From NCBI RefSeq assembly GCF_006345805.1, contig NC_042998.1:84382001-84446000 (forward strand): 64,000 nucleotides of DNA, written 5' to 3'. The DNA is from Octopus sinensis (lineage: Eukaryota). A program made the translations under genes and the position numbers. Below the pieces are notes generated by a model. That model was given only the letters and a program-made list of their open reading frames with translations, was not told the origin of the DNA and did not search any database. Shown here piece after piece: positions 1 through 12,664 of this stretch (the first letter of the stretch is position 1; each line of letters begins with the position of its first letter).

Positions 1-283
1 CCTGACATGACTTTTCACTTTATCATCAAATCCAAGAAAACTTAACAGAATTCATATATCTTTAAATTTGCAACTTATTAATTTTAATGAAATCAGAGAA
101 AACAGATTTGTGGCAGTTTCAATATGGAGTGTTTCAATAGTTCGATTGACTGAAATACTTATGTGATTGAATTAGCATCTCTGTGGCTTACTACCCCACA
201 AACATATGTCCCCTTAACATCATTTTCAGATGGATTAAGAATGGCATGTGTACTTTACTACTTGCATTTGCAGAGGCATTTAC

Positions 284-390
284 CTGGGGTGGGTTGAGAC
301 AACCATGACAAATGAGTTCACCATATCCTTCACAAATGCTGACTACATCTGACGTTAGTCCACTGGGAAAGCAATCATTTTGCAAGGACA
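284..390 (-). CDS. Candidate internal coding exon of an unidentified minus-strand gene (V-SLQNDCFPSGLTSDVVSICEGYGELICHGCLNPPQ)
   Basis: Ends at donor CAG|gtaaat; its only open frame starts in phase 1, compatible with candidate exon 2211-2264. The acceptor (aagttcag) has a poor pyrimidine tract. Confidence 0.25.
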
Positions 391-562
391 CTGAACTTTT
401 TACAGTTGAATGCCCTTCCTGTTGCCAACCCTCATCTGTTTCTAAGCAAGGTGATATGTTCCTTTAGCCAGGTATGTTTTTCAGAGAAAGAAACAACATT
501 GCTTGTATGATACTCATCTACAACCATCACATAATGTCAAGACAAAGGTATACACACACACA

Positions 563-905
563 CCATCATCATCATTTAACATCTGTTGGCCATGCTGGTA
601 TGGGTCGGACAGTTTGATTGGGCTGGCATGCCAGAAGGCTGCACCAGGATCCAGTCTGATTTGGCAAGGTTTTCTACAGCTGTATGCCCTTCCTAACACC
701 AACCACTCTGAGAGTGTAATGGGTGCTTTTATGTGCCACCAGCACAGGTGCCATTTGCTTGACACCGGCATCTGCCACGACTGTGATTTTGCTCAACTTG
801 ATGGGTCTTCTTCTCAAGCACAACATAATGCCAAAATGTTTTGGTCATTTCTTCCATGAGGCCCAACACTTGAAAGGAGCTCAGCCACTTTGCCTCCATG
901 AGGCC
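563..905 (-). mobile_element. CAT/ATG-tailed RTE-related 3' module, 5'-truncated
   Basis: (CAT)n followed by the family motif ttaac..ccatgctgg..gggt.ggac..gccct tcctaac.ccaaccactc; shared with ~25 copies in the window. Confidence 0.75.
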
Positions 906-1052
906 CACATATATATATATATATAAAACCTATGTAGTAGGTATAGAAATAGGGCTAATTTAGCTATTTCTCCATAGATCGAAAAAATGACAAACAACAT
1001 TAATTGATTTTCAAATCTTATAAGATTCTCATCAGAGACACATCAATTTGAC

Positions 1053-1230
1053 CATCATCATCATCATCGTTTAACGTTCGTTTTCCATGATGGATGGTTC
1101 GACTGGGGTTTGGGAAGCCAGGAGGCTGATCTGGCAGTGTTTCTACAGCTGGATGACCTTCCTAATGCCGACCACTCCGAGAGTGTAGTGGGTGCTTTTT
1201 ACATGTCACCAGCACAGGGGCTAGAAGCAG
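1053..1230 (-). mobile_element. CAT/ATG-tailed RTE-related 3' module
   Basis: catcatcatcgtttaacgttcgttttccatg...cttcctaatgccgaccactccgagagtgtagtggg. Confidence 0.75.
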
Positions 1231-1379
1231 CCAATCAGTTTATATATTCAATAATTCCAGTAGCTACAGAGAATTGAAGCTACTAATTTTCATACTGTAC
1301 ATGTTAACACTTTAATATTAGGAGCCTGTTAATGGGGATATAGTCCACACAGTACTAAGGTATGATGTATGTAACCTAT

Positions 1380-1655
1380 AGAGTAAATATATAAACAGGG
1401 CTGCTGAGACCCCTTTCAGTCATGACTGACCATGGGATTGTACCTAGAAAGTTACCCTTCCAGGTACAAGGTTGTTTATGGAAGATCAGCAGTCACCCAT
1501 GCATACCAGCCTCCCCTCTCCATGCCACCAGTGTTATCCAAGGGAAAGGCAAAGGCCGATACAGCTTGGCACCTGTGACATTGCAACTCATTTCTGCAGC
1601 TGAGTGGACTGAAGCAATGTGAAATAAAGTGTCTTGCTCAAGAACACAACATGCA
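1380..1655 (-). mobile_element. tRNA-derived SINE body (family B)
   Basis: Reverse complement matches the + strand copy at 55363-55700 (gttcttgagcaagacactttat...ccactcagctg...gagttg). Confidence 0.65.
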
Positions 1656-1835
1656 GCCAACCCACAAAGCCAACGTGAGTGATGATGCCATGTAAAAAGC
1701 ACCCAATACACTGTAAAATGGAAACCCTGCCAAATCAGACTAAGAAACCTGGTAAGATCCTTGGCATTGCCAGTTCCTGCCAAGCTGTCCAACCCATGCC
1801 AGCATAGAAAACAGACATTAAATGTTGATGATGAA
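1655..1835 (+). mobile_element. CAT/ATG-tailed RTE-related 3' module
   Basis: aaaaagcaccc...tccaacccatgccagcatagaaaacagacattaaatgttgatgatg. Confidence 0.7.
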
Positions 1836-2210
1836 TAGTATTTTTTCTTTATTTAGTTTCAACTTTCTTTTAGGAGTTAGTGTTATGTCAATGAATAAAG
1901 GTTTGATACGTTACCAATGAGAATTGCCCCACACAGCAAAAGAATCAAGGAAATGTATTGTTTCATATTTATTCTGGAAAATTAATAAAATCATATTTAA
2001 TGTCTTTTTCCAATTAATTAAATGTAGAAAATCATTGTGTTACAGAAAGCCTATAGCAATGCAGATCAAATATTAAACATCAATAATAAAAATAACAAAG
2101 ATATTGAAATGTTAGTTTACAAATATTTAATTAGTTCTGGTATTTCAAGTAAAATAGCCCTTTTTTTATATTGTTAAAAGAACAAGAGAGAAAATATTAG
2201 CTTAGCATAC

Positions 2211-2264
2211 CTGCTTTGTGTGCGTAATAGTCAAAAGAGCATGTATGCAAAGCTGAGCTGGGAT
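2211..2264 (-). CDS. Candidate 54-nt coding exon (phase 1/1: D-PSSALHTCSFDYYAHKA)
   Basis: Acceptor gttgttattattag|, donor gcag|gtatgc, length a multiple of 3, unique sequence. Confidence 0.3.
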
Positions 2265-2344
2265 CTAATAATAACAACTTAGAACTTGATAAACTCAGCT
2301 ATCAGGAGCCAAGCATTTTGACCCTCATCATGTGTTCAAATCCT

Positions 2345-2571
2345 GGGCCAATTGTTACCAACCCGGCTGAAACCGGCTCTGGCTCTTTAGTACAGATGCC
2401 TTGTTTTCATAAGTTTTGAATTAAAATCTTCCACCAAACTTTAGTCACAATTTATGTTCCTAACTCTAGCTTAATGATAACTAGATTATTTTACTAAATT
2501 CTTTGTTATATTTAAAGTAATTGTAAGAAACATAGAGCATCTTAAAATAAATACAGTAATGAAAGGGTTAA
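2345..2571. mobile_element. TTAA-type (piggyBac-like) MITE, partial
   Basis: Ends aaaggg-TTAA; AT-rich body resembles 60290-60510 and 61900-62150. Confidence 0.5.
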
Positions 2572-3204
2572 TGAGTACAAGTCAAGTGCTGATGGAACCC
2601 TTTCTCCCTCTTGCTGTCACATTCTAGATGTTCCACTGAGTCAAACAAAGGTGAAGGTGTCAGTGTCTGCCTGTGACATCATAGGCAACTAAAACAATTT
2701 GTGAAGGCATAGTACATGTTACCAAGCCATATGCACTGTTGTATCACACATTTACACACATTCAAACATGCATCCCTGCATACATATGTGGTTAATATAG
2801 TAACATATGCAGTTCTGCATACATATGCAATAAATACAGTAATACATGCATTCAACAGTCTGGTTAGAGAGCTGCATGAGTTGATTTGGTGTATCTACAT
2901 CTATTTGTCTACAGCAAGAAACCCTCCCCATGGCAAAGTACAGTAAATGGTTTTCTTACAGGTTCAAATATGCCTCATCATCATCACTTTTTGTGGGGAG
3001 CACTCCATCGGTTATGATGATGAAGGTCGCAGCTGATACGATCAATGGAACAGCTTGCTTGTGAAATTAATGTGCAAGTGACTGAGCAATCCACAGACAC
3101 GTGTACCCCTAACGTATTTCTCAGGGAGATTCAGCGTGACACAGAGTGTTACAAGGCCGGCCCTTTGAAATAAAGGTACAACTCATTTTTGCCAGCTGAG
3201 TGGA

Positions 3205-4560
3205 CGTCATTGTTTAATGTCCAGCTTACATGCTGGCATGGGTGGGATGGTTTTCCAGGAGCCTGCACCAGGCCCCTGTAACTGTTTTGGCAGGATTTTT
3301 GCAGTTAGTTGCCCTTCCTAACGCCAACCACTCAGCAGAGTGGACTTAGTGCTTTTAATGTTGCACAAGTACAGGCAAGGTTTTTACTGCTGGACACCCT
3401 TCCAAACATCAACCACTATAATGTGTGGACTGGATGCTTTTTAAGTGGCACCTACATTGACAGGGTCACCAAGTAACTTGCAAGACAGAAAATCATTTGC
3501 GAGGAGAGGGGGCATTGGAGGAGGTGATCTTGTGTCAGATGATGAAAGGTTATAGTGAGACAGAGAGACAGAAACAAGTGTCTTGCTGTAGAGGAGGTAC
3601 AAGGTTACCCAGCCAGAGAGAGAGAGAGAGAGAAATCAAGAATGGAGACAGAAACAGGTGTTCTACTGCAAAGAGATACATGATTATGCAACTTGAGGGA
3701 AGTGCAGGAGAAGGAGAGAGAATGTGGGAGACAGCAAGATAAAGATGGTGGCAAAGTGCCGGGCATACTCACAACAGATGGGAATCAGAATAAACATGAG
3801 ATGGTTGAGTAAAAAAAGAGAGAGATATAGCTGGTGGCAAGTTCCAAGGCATATCCTTGAGGTTCGAAGGTCATAATATACATGGCAGGATATTGTGAAA
3901 GGTGCAGGATTAGAGAGTGTGGAGGGGTAGGTAAGTGAGTGGTGAAAACCTGGGTATATATAGAGTGAGGGTGGGGGGCTGTTGGATAGCAATGATATGG
4001 AGAAACAGGGCTGTGAAGACAGGATTAGTGAGTGAGAGGTAGGCATAGTGTATGAAGGAGGAAATGTGAGGAAGAGAAGAGATGTAGATTGGTTTGTTGG
4101 CGTAGGATGTGTGAAAAGTTTTCTTATGTGTGGGTGGAACACACAAGTCGGGGGGCTAGCGGATAGCAATGATATGATACAGTGAAGCAGAGCCAAGAGG
4201 ACAGGATTGGGGAGTGGAAGGTAAGCATAATGCATGAAGTGGAAATGCAAAGAAGAGAAGAGATGAAGAGCTGTAGTTTGGTTTGTTGTGGTAGAGTGTG
4301 TGAGAATTTTTCTTGTTAAGTGTGGTGGGGCACACTGCGCTTCTAGAACTCAGTTTTGCTGATGGGGGTGGGTCTCTTCAAGAACTTCATATCACCAGAC
4401 ATCTCGGTTCATAGTCATTGTCTCCATGACGTCCAGCATACTAAGATTGGTCCTTATCATTTCATCCTGGGTCTTCCTCTTCTACAGGTACCATCCACTT
4501 TCAGTGACAATCACTTCTTTATGCAGCTCTCCTCATTCGTTTATATTTATACACATCACT
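3205..4560 (-). mobile_element. RTE LINE 3' portion: end of ORF2, long 3' UTR and terminal module
   Basis: Inverted homologue of 50140-51830; decayed RTE C-terminus near 4400-4550, ~800-bp UTR with two imperfect internal repeats, then the common tail. Confidence 0.75.
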
Positions 4561-4995
4561 TTTTTGTGTTGTCTCCCCATATTTTATTTATGGTGAGCCA
4601 CTGAATAGCACAACCAGTCATTGAACAATGATAGAAATATCATAAGAAAGTCCTGTCTCTCATGTCAGTTCACAGTGCCTGCCTTTCTGGGTTATGTGGC
4701 TGAATGGGGATAACCACTCCAAAATACATATCCCATGGTCTGGTGGGATATATAGACTATAGGGTATGATTTGAGGTAGATTGGCTGCTATTTCTAACAG
4801 TAGCACAACCATCAGACTAAATATTTTGCAGTCTCTGGATTTTTGAAGGTATTCCAGTTAAGTAAACTGTATTTCACCCTCTTTGATTTCAGTAAAATGA
4901 TAGATTCTCTGATGATCAATCTGTTGTTTGATAGACTAAATGTTCAATTTGTTTAATGTGTAAGTGCTGAATATTCCACATATGAACCCTTAATG

Positions 4996-5649
4996 CAGTG
5001 TTTCTCAACCAGGGTTCCATGAGAAAGAGTCAGATAAGCTAATGCTAATTTCATGACCATAATATTACTATACATGCACAACATATTATTAGTTATTGTA
5101 ATGTAGACATCATCCTATCTAATCTATTATGTTTTCAAAAGAATATAACCACATATATATATATATATATATATAGATGACTGGCTCCTGTGCTGGTAGC
5201 ATTTAAAAAGCACCATCTGAATGTGGCCGATGCCAGCACTGCTTTGAGTGGCTCCCATGCCGGTGGCATGTAAAAGCACCATCTAAATGTGGTTGATGCT
5301 TGGCCCCTGTGCCAGTGGCACATAAAAAGCACCCACTACACTCTCACTGGTTGGCGTTAGGAAGGGCATCCAGCTGTAGAAACACTGTCAGAACAGACTG
5401 GAGTCTGCTGCAGCCTCCTGGCTTCCCAGACCCCAGTCAAACCGTCCAACCCATGCCAGCATGGAAAACGGACGTTAAACGATGATATGATGATGATGAT
5501 GATATATATATATGATATTTACTATATAAACTATAAATAAAAAATATGAGAAAGATATGATACATAATTTTTTGTTTTTGTGCAGGAGTTCTTTGAGACA
5601 TGTAATTTATTTTCAGGGTTACACAAAGGTAAAATGTTGAGAAACACTG
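4996..5649. mobile_element. hAT-type MITE with a nested RTE tail (5165-5500)
   Basis: TIRs cagtgtttctcaac / gttgagaaacactg; 8-bp TSD ccttaatg / ccttagtg (7 of 8 match). Confidence 0.8.
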
Positions 5650-6494
5650 CCTTAGTGTAATAAATCAGCATGACACAATGTATATAGACCTTAGGAACAA
5701 TCCACCCAACAGCCTTTCAAAAAGCTCCCATCTATTGAATTTCACTTAGAAAGGATGAGTCAACCTGAGGTTATGATTATAGATATATACTCAAGATAAC
5801 ATGCAGTGAGACTGAACTCAGAACCTCTCTATTGCAAAGCAAACTTTTTAACCATTCAGCTATGTTTGTATTCCCTTATTTCAATAAAATAAGTACTAGC
5901 CATGTACCGGTGTCTCTTCAGTCAACCATTCCCTTCTATTGCTAATTTAAGTCTTTGTGTCAACATAATAAATCAATTCTATGTATTTATTTGATATCCT
6001 CAAGTAATGATAAGAAAGAAAAAGACCATCTTTGGTATTACATTGATGTTATTTTATTCAATGCTATATGTGGGAGAATTAGTAACAAGAACAATCCAGG
6101 CTTTGTATGAGGCTGTTAAAAGTAGCCACAGTGAACTTAGTGTACATTGGTGAATAGCTACCTACAACTCTGTTCTCAACCATCCTTTCTGTAGAATGTG
6201 ATTGAAATTTGCAGTTATATGTTGTGGTGTAGGAGGAAGTAGTAAATAACATTTTGAGCAGCTCTCTTTATCAAAGAAGAAATTAGGTGAATGGATATGA
6301 ATGAAAAATATACACCCTTTAAGTGTTTATTATAAAGTTGATTCTTGCAAATACAAACAATCGCCAGTAGTCTAACAAGTTCCAGTGAATGCCATTCTTC
6401 TCTTTGTTCTAGTGTTTTCATTAATGCCAGGATTTAGAAGAGACAGTGATTTCCTTGTGGTAGAGAGGAATAGTTTTAAATGTATCCCATTTTT

Positions 6495-6760
6495 TCTAGT
6501 GTTGGTGTATGGTTGAGAAGCTTTTTCTGAAACACGTAGTTTCAGAGTTCAGTCTCAGCATACAGCACCTTGGGCAAGTGTCTTCTACTATATGGGTATA
6601 TATGCACACACACACACGTGTGTGTTGTATGCATTTGTATATACCCTTACCTTGACATCATGTGATGGTTGTAAATAACTATCACCATCATACAATTGAT
6701 GTTCGTTTCCAGTCTTTCATGAAAAACATGTCTGACCATGAAGAAATATTACCTTGCTTG
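6495..6760 (+). mobile_element. tRNA-derived SINE (family A), decayed
   Basis: ggttgagaagctt...gagttcagtctcagc...gcaccttgggcaagtgtcttctactata. Confidence 0.6.
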
Positions 6761-7499
6761 GAAGCAGGTGAGGAGTGTTGACTGGAAGGGCCTCCAGTCA
6801 TAGAAATTCTGCTTTAATAAATTCAATCTCAGCCATGCAAGCACAGAAAAGTTGATGCTGAATGGTGATGACACACACACACACAGAGTAGCATAGCTGG
6901 AAGAAGATAAAGGACACCAGCAATTGGGAGAATTTTTTGTTGTTTTTTTTAGATGGGGAGGGGAATGAAGGAGTAACACTTTTGGTTAACTGCAATGAGA
7001 AATAAAGTCCTTTTTTTTTCTTTTGAGATGATAAAAGGATACAATCTTTTTACTACTCAAAAACTAATTAATGTTGCAGCACCTTGACAGGTTTTAGTTG
7101 AACAAATTGATCTCAGTACTTTTTTCAAGTCTGGTACTTATTCTATCAGTCTCTTTTACAGAACATATCCTGCCATGTATATTATGACCTTCAAACCTCA
7201 AGGGTATGCCTTGGCACTTACTACCATCTATATCTTTCTCTTCCTTTACTCAACCATCCCATTTATATTCTGATCCCCGTCTGTTGTGAGTATGCCTGGC
7301 ACTTTGCCACCAAGTTACAGAACACAAATAAACCAACACCAGTTCTCACGCGATGGAACAACAAGGGACCATAACTTCTGGTGGTTTGCTATGCTTGAGA
7401 AGGCATGTCAAGCTAAGTAAATACACTATTATGTGCCCTTACATCTCCCTCTCCACTACTGCTACACTTCACTCATCATTCCCTACTTCCTGATCTACC

Positions 7500-7710
7500 A
7501 TTCCCGAGCCACATGGAAAACTTGACTGGTGTCATATGGAAAAGTACCCAGGACACATAGTAAAGTCGTTGGCATTAGGAAATGCATCCAGCCATAGAAA
7601 TCATTCCAAAGCTGCAATTAAGGCTTGATGCAGTCCTGCTGCTCGTCAGATCCTGTCAAATTGTTCAACCTATGCCAGCATGGAAAGCAGATGCTAAATG
7701 ATAATGATGA
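7500..7710 (+). mobile_element. CAT/ATG-tailed RTE-related 3' module (last copy before the CpG-rich core)
   Basis: aacctatgccagcatggaaagcagatgctaaatgataatgatg. Confidence 0.7.
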
Positions 7711-8327
7711 TATACTCTGCTTGTTATTTTTGAGGCATGTCAGTAACAAAATGTTCATTTCATATAAAATGTATCTCTTGCATAGATATTTTGTCTTGCA
7801 GCTCATTCAATCATGATTAAATTATTGTTTTGTGGTTTATCAAACAGCTTTGCTTTCAAAGAATTACTGATTAATTTTTGCTTTTGGTACTTCATTGGCT
7901 GTTTTTGACCAATCACCATATGTATCAACTTATAGTGCAAAGTTTAGAATAGGGACCAGCAGCAGTCAGGCTGCAGCCAACAAATGGTACACTGAGATGT
8001 TGTTGTCCATGGGCATCAGAACTGTTCTGAAAAGTTTAAAATTTAATGTATTTGTGGGTCAATGAACCATTGATGACTTTTAAATAGTCTTTAGATCATG
8101 AATTGTTTAATTTTTGCAAGTGAAAGAAATGGTGGAGAATACACGGGAATATTTTTTACATGTAAGATATATGATATATATGCAGGCCATGGGCAAAAAA
8201 AAAAAATTAAAAATGAGTCATTACAAAAAGAAAAGAAATTGTTGATACCTCGTTTAGAATCTAAAATCTGAGAGCTAGTTTTGGTCACTAAAAAGTTTTT
8301 AAAAAGTGATGAAATTCACTACCTTAC

Positions 8328-8554
8328 CAGAGGACAATTGTATGTTCAAACAACTCCAGATCGCTAACCCTTTGATCTCTTAAACTCTTGTTCTGTCATC
8401 TTTCTTTTTCCTTTTCACCCATGTTTTGAAATAATGATTCAACAAGCTTTTGATAATGAACAATGAACTTATAAACTCTGTCCTTCGTGACATTATCATT
8501 TCCTTATTATTGCCAAACATCTTTCAATGTTTCATTTTTTTCCTCTGAATAAAC
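8328..8554 (-). other. Candidate 5'-UTR or non-coding exon with uORFs
   Basis: Pyrimidine-rich acceptor (ttttttgctttttaag| or tttattcag|), donor ctg|gtaagg; no ATG-initiated frame stays open to the donor. Confidence 0.3.
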
Positions 8555-9386
8555 CTTAAAAAGCAAAAAACTTTCTGAGTGAAACAGGTTGATTTCTATA
8601 GCATTTCCATTAACCTATTTCAATGATAATGTAACATCTGTATTAAACAGATTTTGAAATTAATTTTCTGCCTCGGAGTTATTTCCCTTCTTTACACTAT
8701 TACAATCACCGTCATCAGCATCATCATCCTCATTGTTGTTGATGCCATCGTTCTTATCGTCGATGTCGTCAGCTTTATCGCCATCCTCCTTATGATCGTC
8801 ATTACATGCGATAAACTACTTCTCTATGTTTTTTTTATAACATTTGTTTATCTTAAACTTTCTAAAATACGCAACCCATTCCGTCATTTAACTAGTACCA
8901 CCCATTACCATCATGCTAAAATATGTATCCGGCGTTTTTTCTTTTTTAATATAGAAATAAATAGGTAAGTAAAACGTAAAAAACGGAAATAGTGATGCAT
9001 TTTGACGAAAGTTTCATCCGCTTCGTCAGTCATTTTATTTCTGTTAATAACATCCTTAATTTAACACACACACACACTTGATGACTAGCATTCTCTAATT
9101 GTCTTGTTTATGAAATCCAAAGAGTTTGTGTGAGTACAGAGCTATATTTTCGCAAACATCGCTTGCTAACTGACATATTTACGTAGTTTTATTCTTTCCT
9201 TTGAATTTGAATTACGTTCATATATTTCTACTTTTTGACTCCTCTTATTTAGCTTATATTACTTTAGCCTTTTTACCGACTTTAGACCTTTGTATAGAGG
9301 ACACCATAAACAAATGAAAAATGGTTAATAACACCTTCCACCTATTTAGTTATGGCTCCGCTCATAACGTTTCCATTATCACTTAC

Positions 9387-9600
9387 TGCGCCCTAATCTG
9401 AGAAAGCACTTGTAGTTGACAACAATGTCATACATGATGATTGGGCAGTATGTGAGAGAGAGAGCATTTTGAAGAAGAGTAATGCCGTTATTATTATGGT
9501 ATGTTATAACGGGAAATCTTGCTGAGATTCGTCAACTAACCTTTTAGTTTGCTTAGTTTAGGTTTTAGCTTTGCTTTGTTCTTATTGCTGACAATCTTGT
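9387..9600 (-). promoter_or_regulatory. Candidate first exon / promoter of the left minus-strand gene
   Basis: Consensus donor gcgca|gtaagt at 9387, located where CpG-poor sequence changes to CpG-retaining; upstream limit is a guess. Confidence 0.3.
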
Positions 9601-10349
9601 AATCAATTTTCTTTTTATATCTACGATGGAGACAGAAAGCCGTTTCAAAGGTTCTACTCAACTTTTTGTGACCCATGTCTCATTTAATAACCTGTTTAAA
9701 CTCAGAATTCATTCTCGCTCTTGGCCATCCATTTTGCTACTGATACAATCACGAAGAAAACATTTTAAACCTTAGATCAATTTGACCTAGTTTAATCACC
9801 ATTTCAACACCGAGTTGGAACACAGTTGTGTGGAAATGACTGTTCGTAAGAAGTCGTGATGGCCTGTTATTCAGCGGTATAATTTGCATTTTACAATGTT
9901 TAGTCGAAACACTAATCTGTAATATATATGATCACCATAAAACACCCTGACAATTCAAAATATATTATAATTATATGTATTCCATTTTCCTATGCTAATA
10001 TTTTGGTTAGTATTCTGAGCGAAGAAAATTGGCCTAATTTAACTGCGTATGACCCGAAGAAACAAATTCTGCTTTTTCTCATTAAATGAAATTATTTTAT
10101 GCAGCACGGAATTTTGTTGCGGTCTCAAAGCGACGAAAATATTATGACAAATAAAATTTAAATGTTGAAGTGAATCTAAGTTTTTGTGTGCTTTTTAAAT
10201 GGCTTATAAACATCTTCCACGCCGCAATTGAAATTCTTTAAATGAAGAAAAATAAAACGGTAGGTATTTCAACTATATAAACATATTGCGTTACTAAATA
10301 AACGAACATTAGAAATACATTAAATAAAACGATGTATGAATATGAGCCT

Positions 10350-10650
10350 GAAGTATATTATTAATTCTAGCAATTCCAGGTTCGGTCCCACTGCACGGTG
10401 CTTTGGGCAAGTGTCTGCAACTATAAGCTCCACTCCGACCAATGTCTTGGAAGTGAATTTGGTAGACAGAAACTGTGTGAAGCCTGTCGTGTATGTGTGT
10501 CTGTTACCTACAACTACTTCACAACCAGTGTTGGTTGTTTTACGTTTCCATAACTTAGTGGGAGAAAGAGACCGCAAGAATGAGTAGCAACCTTAAAAGT
10601 AAGTACTGGGGCGATTTGTCCGACTAAACAAGTAAAAGATAAAACAGTCA
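10350..10650 (+). mobile_element. tRNA-derived SINE (family A)
   Basis: B-box ggttcggtccc, ctttgggcaagtgtct, gaatttggtagacagaaactg, tail acaagtaaaagata. Confidence 0.65.
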
Positions 10651-10894
10651 TATCGCGAAGACAAGATGGATGCCTCTGTAAAGTATAAAAGTAGAGTTAT
10701 GTCAAATTAGTTTCGATGATTTCATAAAAACCGTAGTTAAAAGAGGTAACAGTAAACTATGTTTTGAATCTCTTAAACGTTTGTTTATCCATGTTGAAAG
10801 ACTGGTTATGTTATCTTCAAAGTTAGGAAAACCAATGAATAAAAGTATTACAATTGCCTCGCAGAGAAACCATCTAATAACTCATAAAGTGTGA

Positions 10895-11070
10895 AAGTGC
10901 GTGGCCTAGTGGTTAGGGTGTTGCACTCACTTATCGCAAGATCGTGGTTTCGATTCCTGGACCGGACGATGTGCTGTATTCTTGAACAAAACACTTTGTC
11001 TCACGTTGTTTCAGTCCACTCAGTTAAAAATGAGTTTAACCCTGCAATGGACTGGTGTCCCGAATCCAGG
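10895..11070 (+). mobile_element. tRNA-derived SINE (family B), CpGs retained
   Basis: A-box gcgtggcctagtggttagg, B-box ggtttcgattcc. Confidence 0.7.
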
Positions 11071-11559
11071 TAAAAAAAAAGGCACAGGTGTTTTGCCTGG
11101 GGGTTGTCCGAGGAGTTTTTGTTCTAGGGATGTTTTGTCTTGGGGTGGTGGTGTTCTAGCAGGGTTTTGTCCGGATCCCATAAATTGCGACTTTTTGTTT
11201 CTAGCCAAAATTGTGACTTTATAACTGACTTTTTTCCCTACGACTTTATTACCGGCGTCCTGTCCAAGAGGAATGTCGTAATCTCGGTCACTTATACGCC
11301 ATGGAAACCAGGTAACCGGCCCTTTTTGTCAGAGACTCGAGACAATAATGTGTAAAGATGAAGCCGTTAAATTCACTCTGAATTTATTTGATATGTCAAA
11401 ATTTTCGTCGCATAATTTTGATCTGGTCTCTGATACAGTTCTACTGCAATTGAATCAGTCACGAGGTTGCAGTTGTGAGACGAAAATTTTGGTAACTCAT
11501 ATAATAAAATTAAAGTAAATATAACAGATTTTGTGTATTATTAAATGGTTGTGAAAAGC

Positions 11560-11770
11560 AATGACGTAGTGGTTATGGTGTTGCACTCACGATTGCTAGA
11601 TTGTGAGTTCGATACCCGAGCCGGGCGGCGAATTGTGTTCTTGAACAAAAAGTTTCGTTTCACGTTTTTCCAGTTCACTCAGCTTTGCGATGAGGTGGCA
11701 TCATTCGAAAATTAAAACGATGCAAAGCGCATTGTAACCAGCGATGTATTAACATCCTATAGCCCGGTCG
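11560..11770 (+). mobile_element. tRNA-derived SINE (family B), CpGs retained
   Basis: gacgtagtggttatgg...gagttcgatacccg...gttcttgaacaaaa. Confidence 0.65.
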
Positions 11771-11977
11771 ATCAAGTGATCGCGTGATTAGATGGCTAGT
11801 ATGTCTGTTCCACGATGTACATGCTTCCGTTTCAATTCACAGTCTCAAAGTGACTTGATCTGAGACCATGTATTGAAATTGAAGTAACTCTACATCGTGG
11901 AGACTTCGTAGTGAGTCAGCCTTTAAGGTTGTTCCGTGTGACATTTAGTTGTATGAATCAATCAACGCTTTGGATGT

Positions 11978-12011
11978 AGAGCCATTTCTGGTTATAACCA
12001 GAAATGGCTCT
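11978..12011. repeat. Perfect 34-bp palindrome
   Basis: agagccatttctggttataaccagaaatggctct equals its own reverse complement. Confidence 0.9.
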
Positions 12012-12364
12012 GATGAAAGTAGCATTAATTTTCTTAGGTCGTTCAATTTTCCTTAATTGATCAATAGACCAATTGAGTAAACTTATCAGAAATGAACCTA
12101 TAATGACTACTGGAAACAGCTGTAAGCCAAATTTGCTCCAATAAAGGAAAGTATGTAATGACCATTATTTTAAACCGATTTCTTACACATACACGCACAC
12201 ATATAGAGTGGTCTAAAGTCATGCACCAAAACATTTGACATTATTATTATTCAGTAGTCTTATTTCTATCACATGCTTTCACTGCAGTAGTAGTAGTAAG
12301 CATCCATCGGTCTCGAGAGGCCATAGATCTGCGCCCAAAGAAGTCGTGTCAGCTGCTGATAATA

Positions 12365-12655
12365 ATATTAATAATATAAAGATCTGGAAATAGAGTTAAA
12401 TCTAATGTGGAGCCTTAAAACAGAAACAATTCCTAATATTGTAGGCGCATTAGCTATGGTAAAAAGAAACATTCAAATACAAAACTAAAACACCAGGACT
12501 TACAAGTATCCTACGTAAAACACTTTCAATACCGTAACAATAAGAGCATCACAACAAACCACAGTACATACCCAAGGCACACACAGCTGCGCTCGGTAGT
12601 GCAGTGAAAGCACGTGATAGAAATAAGACTACTGAATAATAATAATAATAATAAT
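12365..12655 (+). mobile_element. R4/Dong-clade LINE 3' fragment with (TAA)n flanks
   Basis: Encodes KDLEIELNLMWSLKTETIPNIVGALAMVK, homologous to 19552-19743; same 3' UTR (gtgaaagcacg..ata.aaataa.actactg) then (TAA)n. Confidence 0.8.
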
Positions 12656-12664
12656 ATATATATA

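Noticed and set aside
985-1040. Minus-strand CUGAUGA, 6-bp stem, GAAA hammerhead
   Set aside because: No valid UH cleavage site with a pairing helix I
3684-4250. 188-aa ORF
   Set aside because: Lies in the pyrimidine-rich strand of the RTE 3' UTR; the frame is not conserved in the homologous copy at 50.7-51.5 kb
8328-8430. In-frame TGA (MGEKEKER*QNKSLRDQ...) as selenocysteine
   Set aside because: No selenoprotein motif, no Cys-equivalent context, and no SECIS identifiable
8995-9045. Minus-strand CUGACGA...GAAAC...GUC hammerhead
   Set aside because: Helix II has only one pair and helix I does not pair
10895-11640. tRNA genes
   Set aside because: A and B boxes are present, but the acceptor stems do not close and each continues into a SINE body
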